Source of the DNA: Candidatus Altiarchaeales archaeon
Lineage (GTDB): Archaea > Altiarchaeota > Altiarchaeia > IMC4 > SCGC-AAA252-I15
DNA: 64,000 nucleotides
NCBI GenBank assembly: GCA_014727915.1
Contig: WJMO01000005.1
Span: forward strand, 128,001-192,000
Direction: 5' to 3'
Position 1 is the stretch's first letter. Each line of letters starts with the position of its first letter. A program made the translations under genes and the position numbers. The notes beneath the pieces are model-generated. The model worked only from the letters and a program-made list of their open reading frames with translations, was not told the DNA's origin and ran no database searches. Of this stretch, positions 40,902 through 50,180 are shown piece after piece.

Positions 40902-42638
40902 ATGTCCAGGGATGGCGCTGATCATACGAGGGAGCCTATCATAAGCGTTTTGGGCCATGTGGACCACGGCAAGACCACCATATTGGACAGCATAAGGGAG
41001 AGTGTCGTCGCCTCACGAGAGGCTGGCGGGATAACTCAGCATATCGGCGCCACTGACGTTCCCTTCGAGGTCATTGAAGAGTACTGTGGCGGCATGCTGG
41101 ACAAGTCCAGGATAAGGATGCCCATAAGGGGCCTTTTGTTCGTGGACACGCCCGGCCACGAGGCTTTCACGAACCTAAGGCGGAGGGGAGGCAGCGTGGC
41201 CGACCTGGCAGTGCTTGTCGTAGACGTCAACGAGGGCTTGAAGCCGCAGACCGAAGAGTCCATCGAGATACTCAAACAGTATAAGACGCCGTTTGTGGTC
41301 GCCGCCAACAAGGTCGATCTCATACACGGATGGCAGGATGGCGTGAAGCCCAAGGATCAGCTGCCCCACGTTCAGTCGGAGTTCAACGACAAGGCCTACA
41401 AGCTCATAGGCGACCTTAGCATGCGCGGATTCGACTGCGACTTCTTCCAGAACATAAAGGACTTCAGCAAGTCTGTGGCGGTGATACCCGTGTCTGCCAA
41501 GACTGGCGAGGGCATAAAGGAGCTTCTGCTGGTGCTGATAGGGTTGGCGCAGACCTACCTGTCCGAGAAGCTTGCCGTCGGGTTGGAATCTCCCGCCAAG
41601 GGGACGATACTCGAGGTCAAGGAGACCAAGGGGTTGGGCACCACATTGGACGCGATCATCTATGATGGAACTATCCGGGTCAATGACTCGATCGTCGTGG
41701 GTGCCCGGGAGCCCATTGTCACCAGGGTGAAGGCGCTTTTGAGGCCTCGGGCCTTGGATGAGATGAGGGATCCTAAGAAGCAGTTCAAGCAGGTGCGGAG
41801 CGTCTACGCCGCATCTGGGGTGAAGATAGTGGCTCCTAACCTGGAGTCCGCCATGCCAGGCGCCCCAGTCTACGTGGGCGGTGAGGAACTGGTCGAGGCG
41901 GTTAAGTCGGAGATCGGGGAGGTCGAGTTCACCCGAGATGATATCGGCGTCATAGTAAGGGCTGACACGCTCGGTTCCCTGGAGGCCATGGTGAGGATAC
42001 TAGAGGCTGCGGAAATACCGGTCAAGAAGGGTTCTATCGGCAAGGTAAACAAGCAGGATGTGGTGGAGGCCGGTGCGGTCTCCAAGGAAAACCTCTACTA
42101 TGGCCTGATAATGGCGTTCAACACACCGGTGCTTGCCGACGCCGAGACATTGGCACAGGACACCAACATACCCATCATCGGGAGCAGCATCATATACAAG
42201 ATACTGGAGGACTACAACGAGTGGGTTGCAAAGACCAAGGAAATTGAGCGGATGGAACTGGCTAAATGCGTCGCTTCACCCTGCAAGTTCAAGATACTCC
42301 CTAATCACACCTTCCGCCAGAGCAAGCCTGCCATCGTGGGCGTTGAGGTGTTAGCAGGGAAGCTGCACTCCGGGTGCAGGCTCATAGGAGAGGACGGGAA
42401 GGTCATGGGAAGGGTTAGAGGCATTCAATCTGGCGGGGAGAACGTGGCAGAGGCTAAGTCCGGGGAGCAGGTGGCGGTCTCCATAGACGATGTCGTAGTC
42501 GGCAAGCACCTGTCCGAGGAGGACGTGGTCTACACCTTCCTGAGCAACCAGGACCGCGACAAGCTCATAGTAGACGACCTCACCGACGAGGAAAAGGATG
42601 TTTTAAGGGAGCTTAAGCAAATAAAGAAGCGCAGATGA
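40902..42638 (+). CDS. infB: Translation initiation factor aIF5B (IF-2)
   Basis: GHVDHGKT, EAGGITQHIGA, DTPGHEAF, NKVD, SAKTGEG, FRQSKPAIVGVEV; start at 40902. Confidence 0.97.
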   Translation: MSRDGADHTREPIISVLGHVDHGKTTILDSIRESVVASREAGGITQHIGATDVPFEVIEEYCGGMLDKSRIRMPIRGLLFVDTPGHEAFTNLRRRGGSVADLAVLVVDVNEGLKPQTEESIEILKQYKTPFVVAANKVDLIHGWQDGVKPKDQLPHVQSEFNDKAYKLIGDLSMRGFDCDFFQNIKDFSKSVAVIPVSAKTGEGIKELLLVLIGLAQTYLSEKLAVGLESPAKGTILEVKETKGLGTTLDAIIYDGTIRVNDSIVVGAREPIVTRVKALLRPRALDEMRDPKKQFKQVRSVYAASGVKIVAPNLESAMPGAPVYVGGEELVEAVKSEIGEVEFTRDDIGVIVRADTLGSLEAMVRILEAAEIPVKKGSIGKVNKQDVVEAGAVSKENLYYGLIMAFNTPVLADAETLAQDTNIPIIGSSIIYKILEDYNEWVAKTKEIERMELAKCVASPCKFKILPNHTFRQSKPAIVGVEVLAGKLHSGCRLIGEDGKVMGRVRGIQSGGENVAEAKSGEQVAVSIDDVVVGKHLSEEDVVYTFLSNQDRDKLIVDDLTDEEKDVLRELKQIKKRR

Positions 42639-42895
42639 CCGATTACGACCTCGAACTTTCCAGGGTGGTGGATGAAGTCCTCAGGGAAGGCGCTAAAAGG
42701 GTGGGCTTGCAGTTCCCAGAGGGTTTGAAGGATCAGGCGGTGGATGTTGCTAGGGAGATACGGTCGAAGACCGGCGCGGAGGTTATAGTCCTATCAGACC
42801 CAACATATGGCGCCTGCGACCTGAAGGAAAGTCAGACCGAGAAGCTTGGCTTGGACCTTCTAGTCCACTATGGTCATACGGAATATTCGAAGTAG
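42635..42895 (+). CDS. dph2: N-terminal domain only of diphthamide synthase Dph2 (split or truncated)
   Basis: LQFPEGLK, PTYGACD, LLVHYGH then stop at 86 aa; ATGA overlap with infB. Confidence 0.8.
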   Translation: MTDYDLELSRVVDEVLREGAKRVGLQFPEGLKDQAVDVAREIRSKTGAEVIVLSDPTYGACDLKESQTEKLGLDLLVHYGHTEYSK

Positions 42896-42928
42896 CGGCC
42901 CTTTAAACCACCCTTCTCGCATCCACGT

Positions 42929-43288
42929 TCATGCGTTTATGGCCTTTAGGGTCTGGGGCCAGTCTTTGAATTCTATGGCCCTGTCGTCTATGTAGTAGAG
43001 GGCGTATGGTTTGTCCATTACCAGCTCGTCGTATGGTATGCCATGGAGTCTCAGCCACTTCTCCGTGACTTCGCGGTTTTCCTCTCCCCGGGCAGTGTGC
43101 AGTATTATGCGGTACTTGCCGTTCAATCTCCGGAGGTGATCCACCACCCTCTCCTTGGGCGGGCATAGCATGTATCTTCTCTTCTTCAGGTCTCCGTGGT
43201 CGCATCTCCGGCACTTCCTGAAGTCCGTCAGAACTCCGTCGATGTCTATGGCAAGCGATGCCCTAACCCCTGGCGGAAAGACGCTCAT
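42929..43288 (-). CDS. Capless HAD-family phosphatase (EcbF/BcbF-like)
   Basis: IDIDGVL, HTAR, WL..HGIPYDEL.MDKP...YIDDRA. Confidence 0.85.
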   Translation of the reverse strand: MSVFPPGVRASLAIDIDGVLTDFRKCRRCDHGDLKKRRYMLCPPKERVVDHLRRLNGKYRIILHTARGEENREVTEKWLRLHGIPYDELVMDKPYALYYIDDRAIEFKDWPQTLKAINA

Positions 43289-43604
43289 AGGCCATAACCT
43301 CCGCTGCGAAACCCTTCCACGAACCTGAATCCTTTATGTAGCGTACTGGGCTCAAAGCTAGTGTGGCGTTGTTGTCCTCGTCTTCATCGGCTATCCTCCA
43401 CCTGTCACAGTGTATTATGCATATCTCGGGAAGGTTGTTCGAGGTGAGCTGAAAACCCATGCTCAAAAGCTTCTTGCATACGTTGCACTCCGGCGTTTCA
43501 TTCGCGCATCCGTGGATTTCAGTGTACATCCTATCGCACTCTTGGATGTGGCGCATAATCTCGTCCGCCACGTCCGCCTCCCTCATCAGCATGTTCAAAT
43601 CCAT
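43263..43604 (-). CDS. Hypothetical Cys-rich protein (113 aa)
   Basis: GAGGGGG SD; six Cys including CNVC; overlaps HAD gene start. Confidence 0.65.
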   Translation of the reverse strand: MDLNMLMREADVADEIMRHIQECDRMYTEIHGCANETPECNVCKKLLSMGFQLTSNNLPEICIIHCDRWRIADEDEDNNATLALSPVRYIKDSGSWKGFAAEVMAYERLSARG

Positions 43605-43616
43605 AGTGGATCCCCC

Positions 43617-43676
43617 TCAGATCAGACGTTTTATGCTGCGGTCTTCACAGCTTGCCTTTACATTCTCATATTGCAT
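43617..43676 (-). other. Candidate small ORF MQYENVKASCEDRSIKRLI
   Basis: ATG about 26 nt after ttttaa; stop runs into the SD of the next gene. Confidence 0.3.
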
Positions 43677-43720
43677 GTCCCTAAGAATAAGAAATAGGTT
43701 AAAATAGTGTCAATCAAGGG

Positions 43721-46700
43721 CTATAATGATGTCATCTTCGTCCTTGCCTTCTTCGGCAGCTTGACGTGGATCGTGGTTCCAGACCTGTACCTGCTCTTGA
43801 CCTCTATCTCCCCTCCGTGCATCTCAACTATCCTTGCGCATATGGCCAGGCCCAATCCAGCACCCTTGTACCTCCGCTGTATGCTCGAGTCGACCTGGTA
43901 GAACCTCTTGAATATCTTGTCCATTTCATCCTTTCTTATGCCGATCCCGGAATCCGAGACCGCTATCATGACCTGCTCCTGTGTTTCCTTGGCCGATACC
44001 TTCACATGGCCTCCGGATTCGGTGAATTTAAGCGCGTTATCCATGAGATTCACGAGCAGCTGCTTGATCCTGCTCCTATCGCCCGTCAACCATGTTCCGG
44101 GCTTCACATTGGACTCCAGCAGGACTCCCTTGTCGGAGGCGATCTTTTCCATGTCCTCCACGACTTCCTTGACGAGCTTGTTAAGCAGGAACTTACGCCT
44201 TGTCAGCTTGACATCTCCTGCTTCCATCTTGGTCAGGTCCAGTATGTTGTTCACCAGCTTGTCAAGGTGCTCTACGTTCTCGTTTATCCTGTATACTCTG
44301 TTCTTCTGATTCTTGTTCAAACCCCCCAAGGACTCTGAACGTAGTATGTCAGCGTATCCCTTGATTATCGCCAGCGGCGTTCGCAGCTCGTGGGAGGCTA
44401 TCGACAGGAACTCGGTCTTCATCCTGTCCAGCTGGCGCAGCTCCAGGTTGGCCTCCAAAAGGCGCTCGTAGTTCTCCCGGAGCTTTTCCTTCATGGTCTC
44501 CCTGTTCGTGACGTCCCGGAAGACATAGATCACGCTCTCGATCTCTCCGTCGGAGAATATGGGATACGCCTTCGTCTCATGGTATACCCTCTTTCCCTTC
44601 TTCTGGTGGTAGTGTACGGACTCTGCTGGTCTCCTGCTCTTCAGAACTTCACGGACCACGCATTTTTTGCATGTCCTCCTGAACTTGTGTATTATGTCGT
44701 AGCATTTCCTCCCCTTCAAATCCGTCTTCGGCTTCCCCACCCATTCCCTGAATGCCCTGTTGTAGCTGACTATGTTATAGCGCCTGTCCAGGACGACAAG
44801 CGACTCGCTTATGCTGTCCAAGACCGTCTCAAGATGCGTTTTGATGTTCAATATATCCTCTTCTGCCTTTTTACGGTCCGTTATGTCCCTTCCCACTGCC
44901 TGTATCTCAACCGTATCCCCCCTCTCGTCCTTGATGGCGTAGTCCTCCCATCCTATCCACCGCCATCCATCAGCGGTCTTGGCCCTCTGCTCGATATAGA
45001 CCCTATGGGGTGGGAACTCCAGCTTCTTCATCTCCTCCAGGGTCGCTGGCAGGTCGTCCTTGTGGACCAATGGCATGAAGGTCTTGCCGAGCAGCTGATT
45101 TCTCCTCTTGCCGAACTTCCTGCAATAGGCGTCGTTGACGAACGTGAACCTGCCCTCAGCGTCCACCCTGACTACCAGGTCCTTCTGGGACTCAACGAGC
45201 CCCCTGTACCTTTTCTCGCTCTCGCGCAGCACCTCCTCCATCCTCTTCCACTCTGTTATGTCGGTTACTATCCCCATTATGGCCTTCCGACCCCCATAGT
45301 CGATGAGCTTGGTGGTTATCAGCGCATGGATCCTCCTGCCTTTCTTTGTGACGAGCAGGTACTCGTATGGGTCCAGATCATTCCCCCTATGATGCTTCTT
45401 CAGGTTTTCGGATATTAGTCTCCTGGACTCCGGAGCGATTATGCTCATGAGGTCGAAGCCAGGGGAGTAGAACTCCTTTCGCGTGTATCCCATCGTCCTC
45501 TGGCATTCCATGTTGGCGTATACGATCCTCCCCCCGGAGTTTATGAATATCATGTTCGGAGACTGTTCGGCTAGGCTCCTGAACTTCTCCTCGCTCTCCT
45601 TGAGCTTTTCCTGCATCCTCATGCTCTCGGTTATGTCCCTGATTATGGTGATTACCATCTTAACGTCCTTGCCTTTGAAGATTGGTATCTTCCTGGTTTC
45701 GGTGATGAACTCTGTTCCTCTGACCTTGGTCCTCTCATGTGTTATCATCGGTTTTTTCCGCCTGAAAACCTTCCTGTATTCGTCCTCCACCTTTGGGGGT
45801 AGGAATGGAAAGACGTCGAATACGTTCTTACCTATCACGTCCGTCTTGAGGCCCAGCCTCCTGTTCCATTCCTTGAAGCTATGGTTCAAGAGCACTATGT
45901 TCATGTCCCGGTCGATCACATGGATTGAATCGCCTATTGAGTCTATGGTGGTCCGATATCTCCGCTCACTCTCTTTCAATGCCTCCTCGAACCTCTTCTG
46001 CTCTGTTATGTCCCTAATCACGGCCTGGTGTGCGGGTTCTCCGTCGTATTTTATGGGCGTCAGGGAGACTTCCACGTCTATAATGCTCCCATCCGCTCTG
46101 AGGAGCCTCTCCTCTATGCCCTTTTGCATTTCAAAGCCTTCGCTTTGGGATTTTCTGATCCTGTCCTTGACGTGCCTATGGTAGTCTGGATGCACGAAAT
46201 CGAGAATGCTCTTGCCTAAGAACTCCTCCCTCCTCCTCAACCCGAAGAGCCTCATGCAGGCTTTGTTGGCGTATCTCACTACCCCCTTTGAGTGCACGGA
46301 TATGGCGACCGGCGAGTTCTCCACCATCTTCCTGTACCTCTCTTTGCTCTCCTCAAGGCTGCGCTCTGCTTCCTTACCCTCTGTTATGTCCATGACGGTG
46401 AACACCATGCCCTTGGAGAGGTCCTTGATGTCGAAGGCAGAGGAACTTGTGTAGACGTCTATCAAGCTGCCGTCCTTCCGCTTCCACCTGGTCTCGATCC
46501 CGCCCCGGCCCTTCCTCTTGATTTGGGGAAACTTGACACGTGCCACGCGGTCGTATTCCTCCTTGCTGTCATACAATCTCCGGGCTTCCATGCCCGCCAG
46601 CTCGCTCTCAGAGTACCCGGTTATCTCGCATACCCGCGTGTTCACGGACTTTATGGTCCTGTTCTGGATCACGCCTATCCCAATGGGTGCTGCTTTCAGT

Positions 46701-47128
46701 ATTGTGGAAAGTGTCGACTTGCTCTCCTCAAGAGCTGCATCCGAAATCTTTCTCTCTGTTATGTCGTGGGCGACTCCTATCTCCCCCACCACCTTACCAT
46801 CAGAGTATACCGGTGATGCGTTAACCTCCAAAAGATGTTTCTTACCTTCTTTGCTTATCACGCACGTCTCATAGGTGGGTATCTTCTCGCCTCTGAGACG
46901 GCTTTTGTAGTTCTCGAGCGTCTTTTCAAGATAATCGGGGTCTATGATGTCTCTTAGGTTGGTCTCCAATGATTCCTTTCTACTGTATCCCAGGACTTTC
47001 CGGGCGGCGCTGTTGACGTAGGTTATGTTCCCCTCAGTATCGATCTGGTATATGATATCCTTCAGGTTATCAAAGGCCGAGAGTAGCTCCCTGACGGGAA
47101 GTTTCGCTTCTCCATCTGAATTCTTCAT
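43721..47128 (-). CDS. Cytoplasmic multi-PAS (about 7) sensor histidine kinase
   Basis: Repeated PAS/PAC units ending in D(I/V)T; ASHELRTPL H-box; NLMDNALKF, DSGIGI, GAGLGL boxes. Confidence 0.95.
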   Translation of the reverse strand: MKNSDGEAKLPVRELLSAFDNLKDIIYQIDTEGNITYVNSAARKVLGYSRKESLETNLRDIIDPDYLEKTLENYKSRLRGEKIPTYETCVISKEGKKHLLEVNASPVYSDGKVVGEIGVAHDITERKISDAALEESKSTLSTILKAAPIGIGVIQNRTIKSVNTRVCEITGYSESELAGMEARRLYDSKEEYDRVARVKFPQIKRKGRGGIETRWKRKDGSLIDVYTSSSAFDIKDLSKGMVFTVMDITEGKEAERSLEESKERYRKMVENSPVAISVHSKGVVRYANKACMRLFGLRRREEFLGKSILDFVHPDYHRHVKDRIRKSQSEGFEMQKGIEERLLRADGSIIDVEVSLTPIKYDGEPAHQAVIRDITEQKRFEEALKESERRYRTTIDSIGDSIHVIDRDMNIVLLNHSFKEWNRRLGLKTDVIGKNVFDVFPFLPPKVEDEYRKVFRRKKPMITHERTKVRGTEFITETRKIPIFKGKDVKMVITIIRDITESMRMQEKLKESEEKFRSLAEQSPNMIFINSGGRIVYANMECQRTMGYTRKEFYSPGFDLMSIIAPESRRLISENLKKHHRGNDLDPYEYLLVTKKGRRIHALITTKLIDYGGRKAIMGIVTDITEWKRMEEVLRESEKRYRGLVESQKDLVVRVDAEGRFTFVNDAYCRKFGKRRNQLLGKTFMPLVHKDDLPATLEEMKKLEFPPHRVYIEQRAKTADGWRWIGWEDYAIKDERGDTVEIQAVGRDITDRKKAEEDILNIKTHLETVLDSISESLVVLDRRYNIVSYNRAFREWVGKPKTDLKGRKCYDIIHKFRRTCKKCVVREVLKSRRPAESVHYHQKKGKRVYHETKAYPIFSDGEIESVIYVFRDVTNRETMKEKLRENYERLLEANLELRQLDRMKTEFLSIASHELRTPLAIIKGYADILRSESLGGLNKNQKNRVYRINENVEHLDKLVNNILDLTKMEAGDVKLTRRKFLLNKLVKEVVEDMEKIASDKGVLLESNVKPGTWLTGDRSRIKQLLVNLMDNALKFTESGGHVKVSAKETQEQVMIAVSDSGIGIRKDEMDKIFKRFYQVDSSIQRRYKGAGLGLAICARIVEMHGGEIEVKSRYRSGTTIHVKLPKKARTKMTSL

Positions 47129-47499
47129 CCTCTAAGCGCCTTCTGCACTCTTTTAACCAGCTTCTCCTTGTCAAATGGTTTTGTGATGTAGTCGAAGACC
47201 ACGTCCTGAAGCCCGAATATCTCCACACCAGGGCCTTTTTCCACGGTTAGGATTATCACATTGGTCCTGTCCGTGATCCTATTCTCCTTTAGCTTCCTCA
47301 GCGTTTTCCACCCGTCCATCTCCGGCATCCTTATGTCCAATAGGATCAGGTCAAACCCGCCTCCAGACGCTTTCTCAAGACACTCCAACCCACTATATGC
47401 AGTTTCAACTTCAAAACCGGCCTGGGCGAGGATTATCCTCAATATGTCGACCATGTCCGGTTCATCGTCCACAACCAATATCTTAGCCGTTTTCACCAC
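47125..47499 (-). CDS. Single-domain response regulator (receiver)
   Basis: ILVVDDE, LLDIRMP.MDG, IILT, YITKPF. Confidence 0.95.
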   Translation of the reverse strand: MVKTAKILVVDDEPDMVDILRIILAQAGFEVETAYSGLECLEKASGGGFDLILLDIRMPEMDGWKTLRKLKENRITDRTNVIILTVEKGPGVEIFGLQDVVFDYITKPFDKEKLVKRVQKALRG

Positions 47500-48976
47500 C
47501 TCTACTGCTGGCCGGGCTCCTGACCAAAGCCCTTCCCTTCTCTGTGACCTCTAGGAACTTGTACCTCCCCTGGTTCAGTATCCTCAATAACCCCTTATCC
47601 TCCAAATCGTATATCCTCTTCCTTGCTGTCGTCTTCGTTATCTCGAACTTGCGCGTTACGCTCTTGAACGAGGGAGTCCTCCTCCTGGTGTTCTCGCTGT
47701 AAACAAATAGTAATACTGAATATAAAGGCTCCCCCAACGTCACCTTCTCCACGTTCGTAAGGTCTTCCAGCTCCTGCAACAGCAGCGCGACCTCCTCCCT
47801 TGACAGCGTGCCCGAGTCTAGGGATACCATGAGTATGCATTTGCTGGACATTATTATGTCGTTGAGGTCGTGTATCATCCTCAACACGGTGTTGAAGTCG
47901 TTTTCGGTTATCAGATAGTCCAGCCTCTGTATCAGTATGATGGAATCAGTGTCGAACTTTATGAAGTCCTTTATGATGTAGACTATCCTGTCTATGTCTC
48001 TCGGCTTAACGGTCTTCTCGTCCGTTTTGCTGTTCGTCATCCAAAGTATCGGTGTCGTATTAAGGCGGTAGTCCTGCCTTATCCTGCTTGGCTGGGCCCT
48101 TGTTATGAGAAGTCCGTGGTGGTTGTGCGTGACATAGTCCGCGAATATGTCTGTGCTATGGGAGGGGCTCTCCTCCTGTATCAGGTAGCTGTATCCCCTC
48201 TTCAGCCTGTACTTCATGGGCTTATTCCTCTCCGACCGCTCATCCGAGGGTATGAGGTGCACGCCCCTCGCCTGAGCCTCCAATATGAGCATGACAACGG
48301 TTATCGATAGGAGGACCGTCGCAAACAGCTGTATCAATATTCCCATGAACCTTAGGCTGTACTTCATTGACAGCTCCACGCCCTTTATGTAGACATAGTT
48401 CCTTAGAAAGGGGTCTGCGAGCAGTAGTATGGAACCTATCCTGGCACTGGTGTAAGCCAGCATCTGCTGCCTTGGTATGTAATTCTGGGTTAGCTTCCCT
48501 ATAGCCAGGAATATGAGTATCAGGGACGTTACCGAGAGGTTGTATGCTGTCAGGTGCAGGAATTCAGCGTGTGTCGTTTTTCCTGCGATGGTGCTGGCAA
48601 GCGGAGCTAAAATCCCGATAAAAACAAGCAACTGTATGGTCTGTTTGGTCCTGCCAAGCTGTATCTTCTGGAAGTTCATGAGCTGGAGGGACGCGTAGGC
48701 CGCGATCACCAACCCTGTGAGGAGGAGTGTGGTTGCTATGATCTGGTTTTCGACTATCGTGTTCCCATGTTCCCAGTAGTCGAATGCCGTTAGCACAGGG
48801 TACGCGACCGCCAGCAAAGTCGCTATTATGTATAATGCCCACTTCGTCCGGAACCTCGTGTAGTGTTCAATGCAGTATGATAGTATTGCGAGCGATATCA
48901 GGGGGAAAGCCCATGTTATGAATCCGAGGATGTTGGTAACGTTGATGATAAGAGACCATTCACTGACGGGGGACAT
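47483..48976 (-). CDS. Membrane protein: ~7 TM + DUF835 (KaiC-like) + C-terminal winged HTH
   Basis: Hydrophobic N-half; GLLITR..P...TPILWMT...RLDYLITENDF..VLR..HDLND; ITKTTARKRIYDLEDKGLL...VTEKG. Confidence 0.85.
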   Translation of the reverse strand: MSPVSEWSLIINVTNILGFITWAFPLISLAILSYCIEHYTRFRTKWALYIIATLLAVAYPVLTAFDYWEHGNTIVENQIIATTLLLTGLVIAAYASLQLMNFQKIQLGRTKQTIQLLVFIGILAPLASTIAGKTTHAEFLHLTAYNLSVTSLILIFLAIGKLTQNYIPRQQMLAYTSARIGSILLLADPFLRNYVYIKGVELSMKYSLRFMGILIQLFATVLLSITVVMLILEAQARGVHLIPSDERSERNKPMKYRLKRGYSYLIQEESPSHSTDIFADYVTHNHHGLLITRAQPSRIRQDYRLNTTPILWMTNSKTDEKTVKPRDIDRIVYIIKDFIKFDTDSIILIQRLDYLITENDFNTVLRMIHDLNDIIMSSKCILMVSLDSGTLSREEVALLLQELEDLTNVEKVTLGEPLYSVLLFVYSENTRRRTPSFKSVTRKFEITKTTARKRIYDLEDKGLLRILNQGRYKFLEVTEKGRALVRSPASSRGGENG

Positions 48977-49077
48977 GCACCAACCACCTCCGGTAATAAC
49001 TTTAGAAGCAAGCTTATAAATAGAAGCCAGATATTCCTATCTTGGCCCTGAACCTATTTTATCACTGTGAAACAGTA

Positions 49078-50157
49078 CTAGTCTTTGAATCTGCCCCTCT
49101 GCTGCCAGTATTCCTCCACCACCCACCGGTCTCCGAGGAAGATCTTCAAACTATCTCTTTTTAGCGCTTCCGGGTCTATGGAACCTACATCATCCCGGAT
49201 AGCGACAACTCCCCGGACTGCCCTCTCGCATGTCCTAAAGTCGCATCCTCCTACCTTGATGGCAGGTTCCTCCACTTTTTCCGGCATGTAAGCTCCCATC
49301 AGGGAACCCAGCCGGTCTCTTGCCCTGTTACGTACAATGATCTGGCCTGTTGTCATGTTATGCCCAACGTTATCCCTGGCATTATCTACTATCACCTTGG
49401 CCCCGTTCAGCTCCTCGCCCAACCGGTCTTCCGCGTCCCCGTTGACGAGTGTTATCTCCCCCGATCTGGCGGCCATCGCGAAACAGTCCCCGACACTGCC
49501 GTTGACTTTTATGTTCTTCCCGTGGGATGCGAAGCAAAGGTGGTTCAGTCCAGTGAATGCTGTGAGGTCAAGTGTCAGGTCCTTATCGGACGACCTCTCC
49601 AACAAACCGGACAGGAAGAGTCCTGCGCTGCTCCCGAAGTGCGGGTCCGTCCTGTCAGGGTGCGGCTTCAACACCCGTGTGGTGAAAGCCTGTATGGTCT
49701 CATTGTGCAGTTTCGGAAGCTGCTCCCACACAGGCCTTGTCACGGCGTCTATGCCTGGGCTTAGAGTTCCCGTAACACCCTGCGGGAACTCGGCCTTAAC
49801 GGTCTTCATGAACTCGCTGAAACGCGCTCTAAGCTCGCCTAAGACTGCCTCGCCTTCAAGGTCGTAGGTGAACAGCTTTCCCTCCCCGCCGACTGCGATG
49901 AGGGTGTGCCCCAGTCCCTTGATGACGCCGGGGTTGCTCAGGTCCGAGACGGTCAACCCCGTTTTCACCGGGCTGTTCTCCTGAAGCTCCAGTATCTCTG
50001 GGGTGTGGGTTTTTGCCGCGCCCAGCGGCGGGGCTTCGTCCTCCCTCCCCTGTATGTGCGCGGTCTTACCCTCTACAGTGAATGACACAGGCTGCGGGAG
50101 GCCGTCGTCTCCGATATAGTACCCTCTTATCTTGGGTTTCCCAACAGCGCCGGGCAT
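49078..50157 (-). CDS. Orphan with GXGXG (GltB/FwdC C-terminal) beta-helix-like region
   Basis: GLFLSGL followed by VNGSVGD, NGDAEDRLG, NARDNVG, RARDRLG repeats; basic/Pro N-terminus. Confidence 0.7.
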   Translation of the reverse strand: MPGAVGKPKIRGYYIGDDGLPQPVSFTVEGKTAHIQGREDEAPPLGAAKTHTPEILELQENSPVKTGLTVSDLSNPGVIKGLGHTLIAVGGEGKLFTYDLEGEAVLGELRARFSEFMKTVKAEFPQGVTGTLSPGIDAVTRPVWEQLPKLHNETIQAFTTRVLKPHPDRTDPHFGSSAGLFLSGLLERSSDKDLTLDLTAFTGLNHLCFASHGKNIKVNGSVGDCFAMAARSGEITLVNGDAEDRLGEELNGAKVIVDNARDNVGHNMTTGQIIVRNRARDRLGSLMGAYMPEKVEEPAIKVGGCDFRTCERAVRGVVAIRDDVGSIDPEALKRDSLKIFLGDRWVVEEYWQQRGRFKD

Positions 50158-50180
50158 GTAAGATACTGGGAAGCCCTGGT

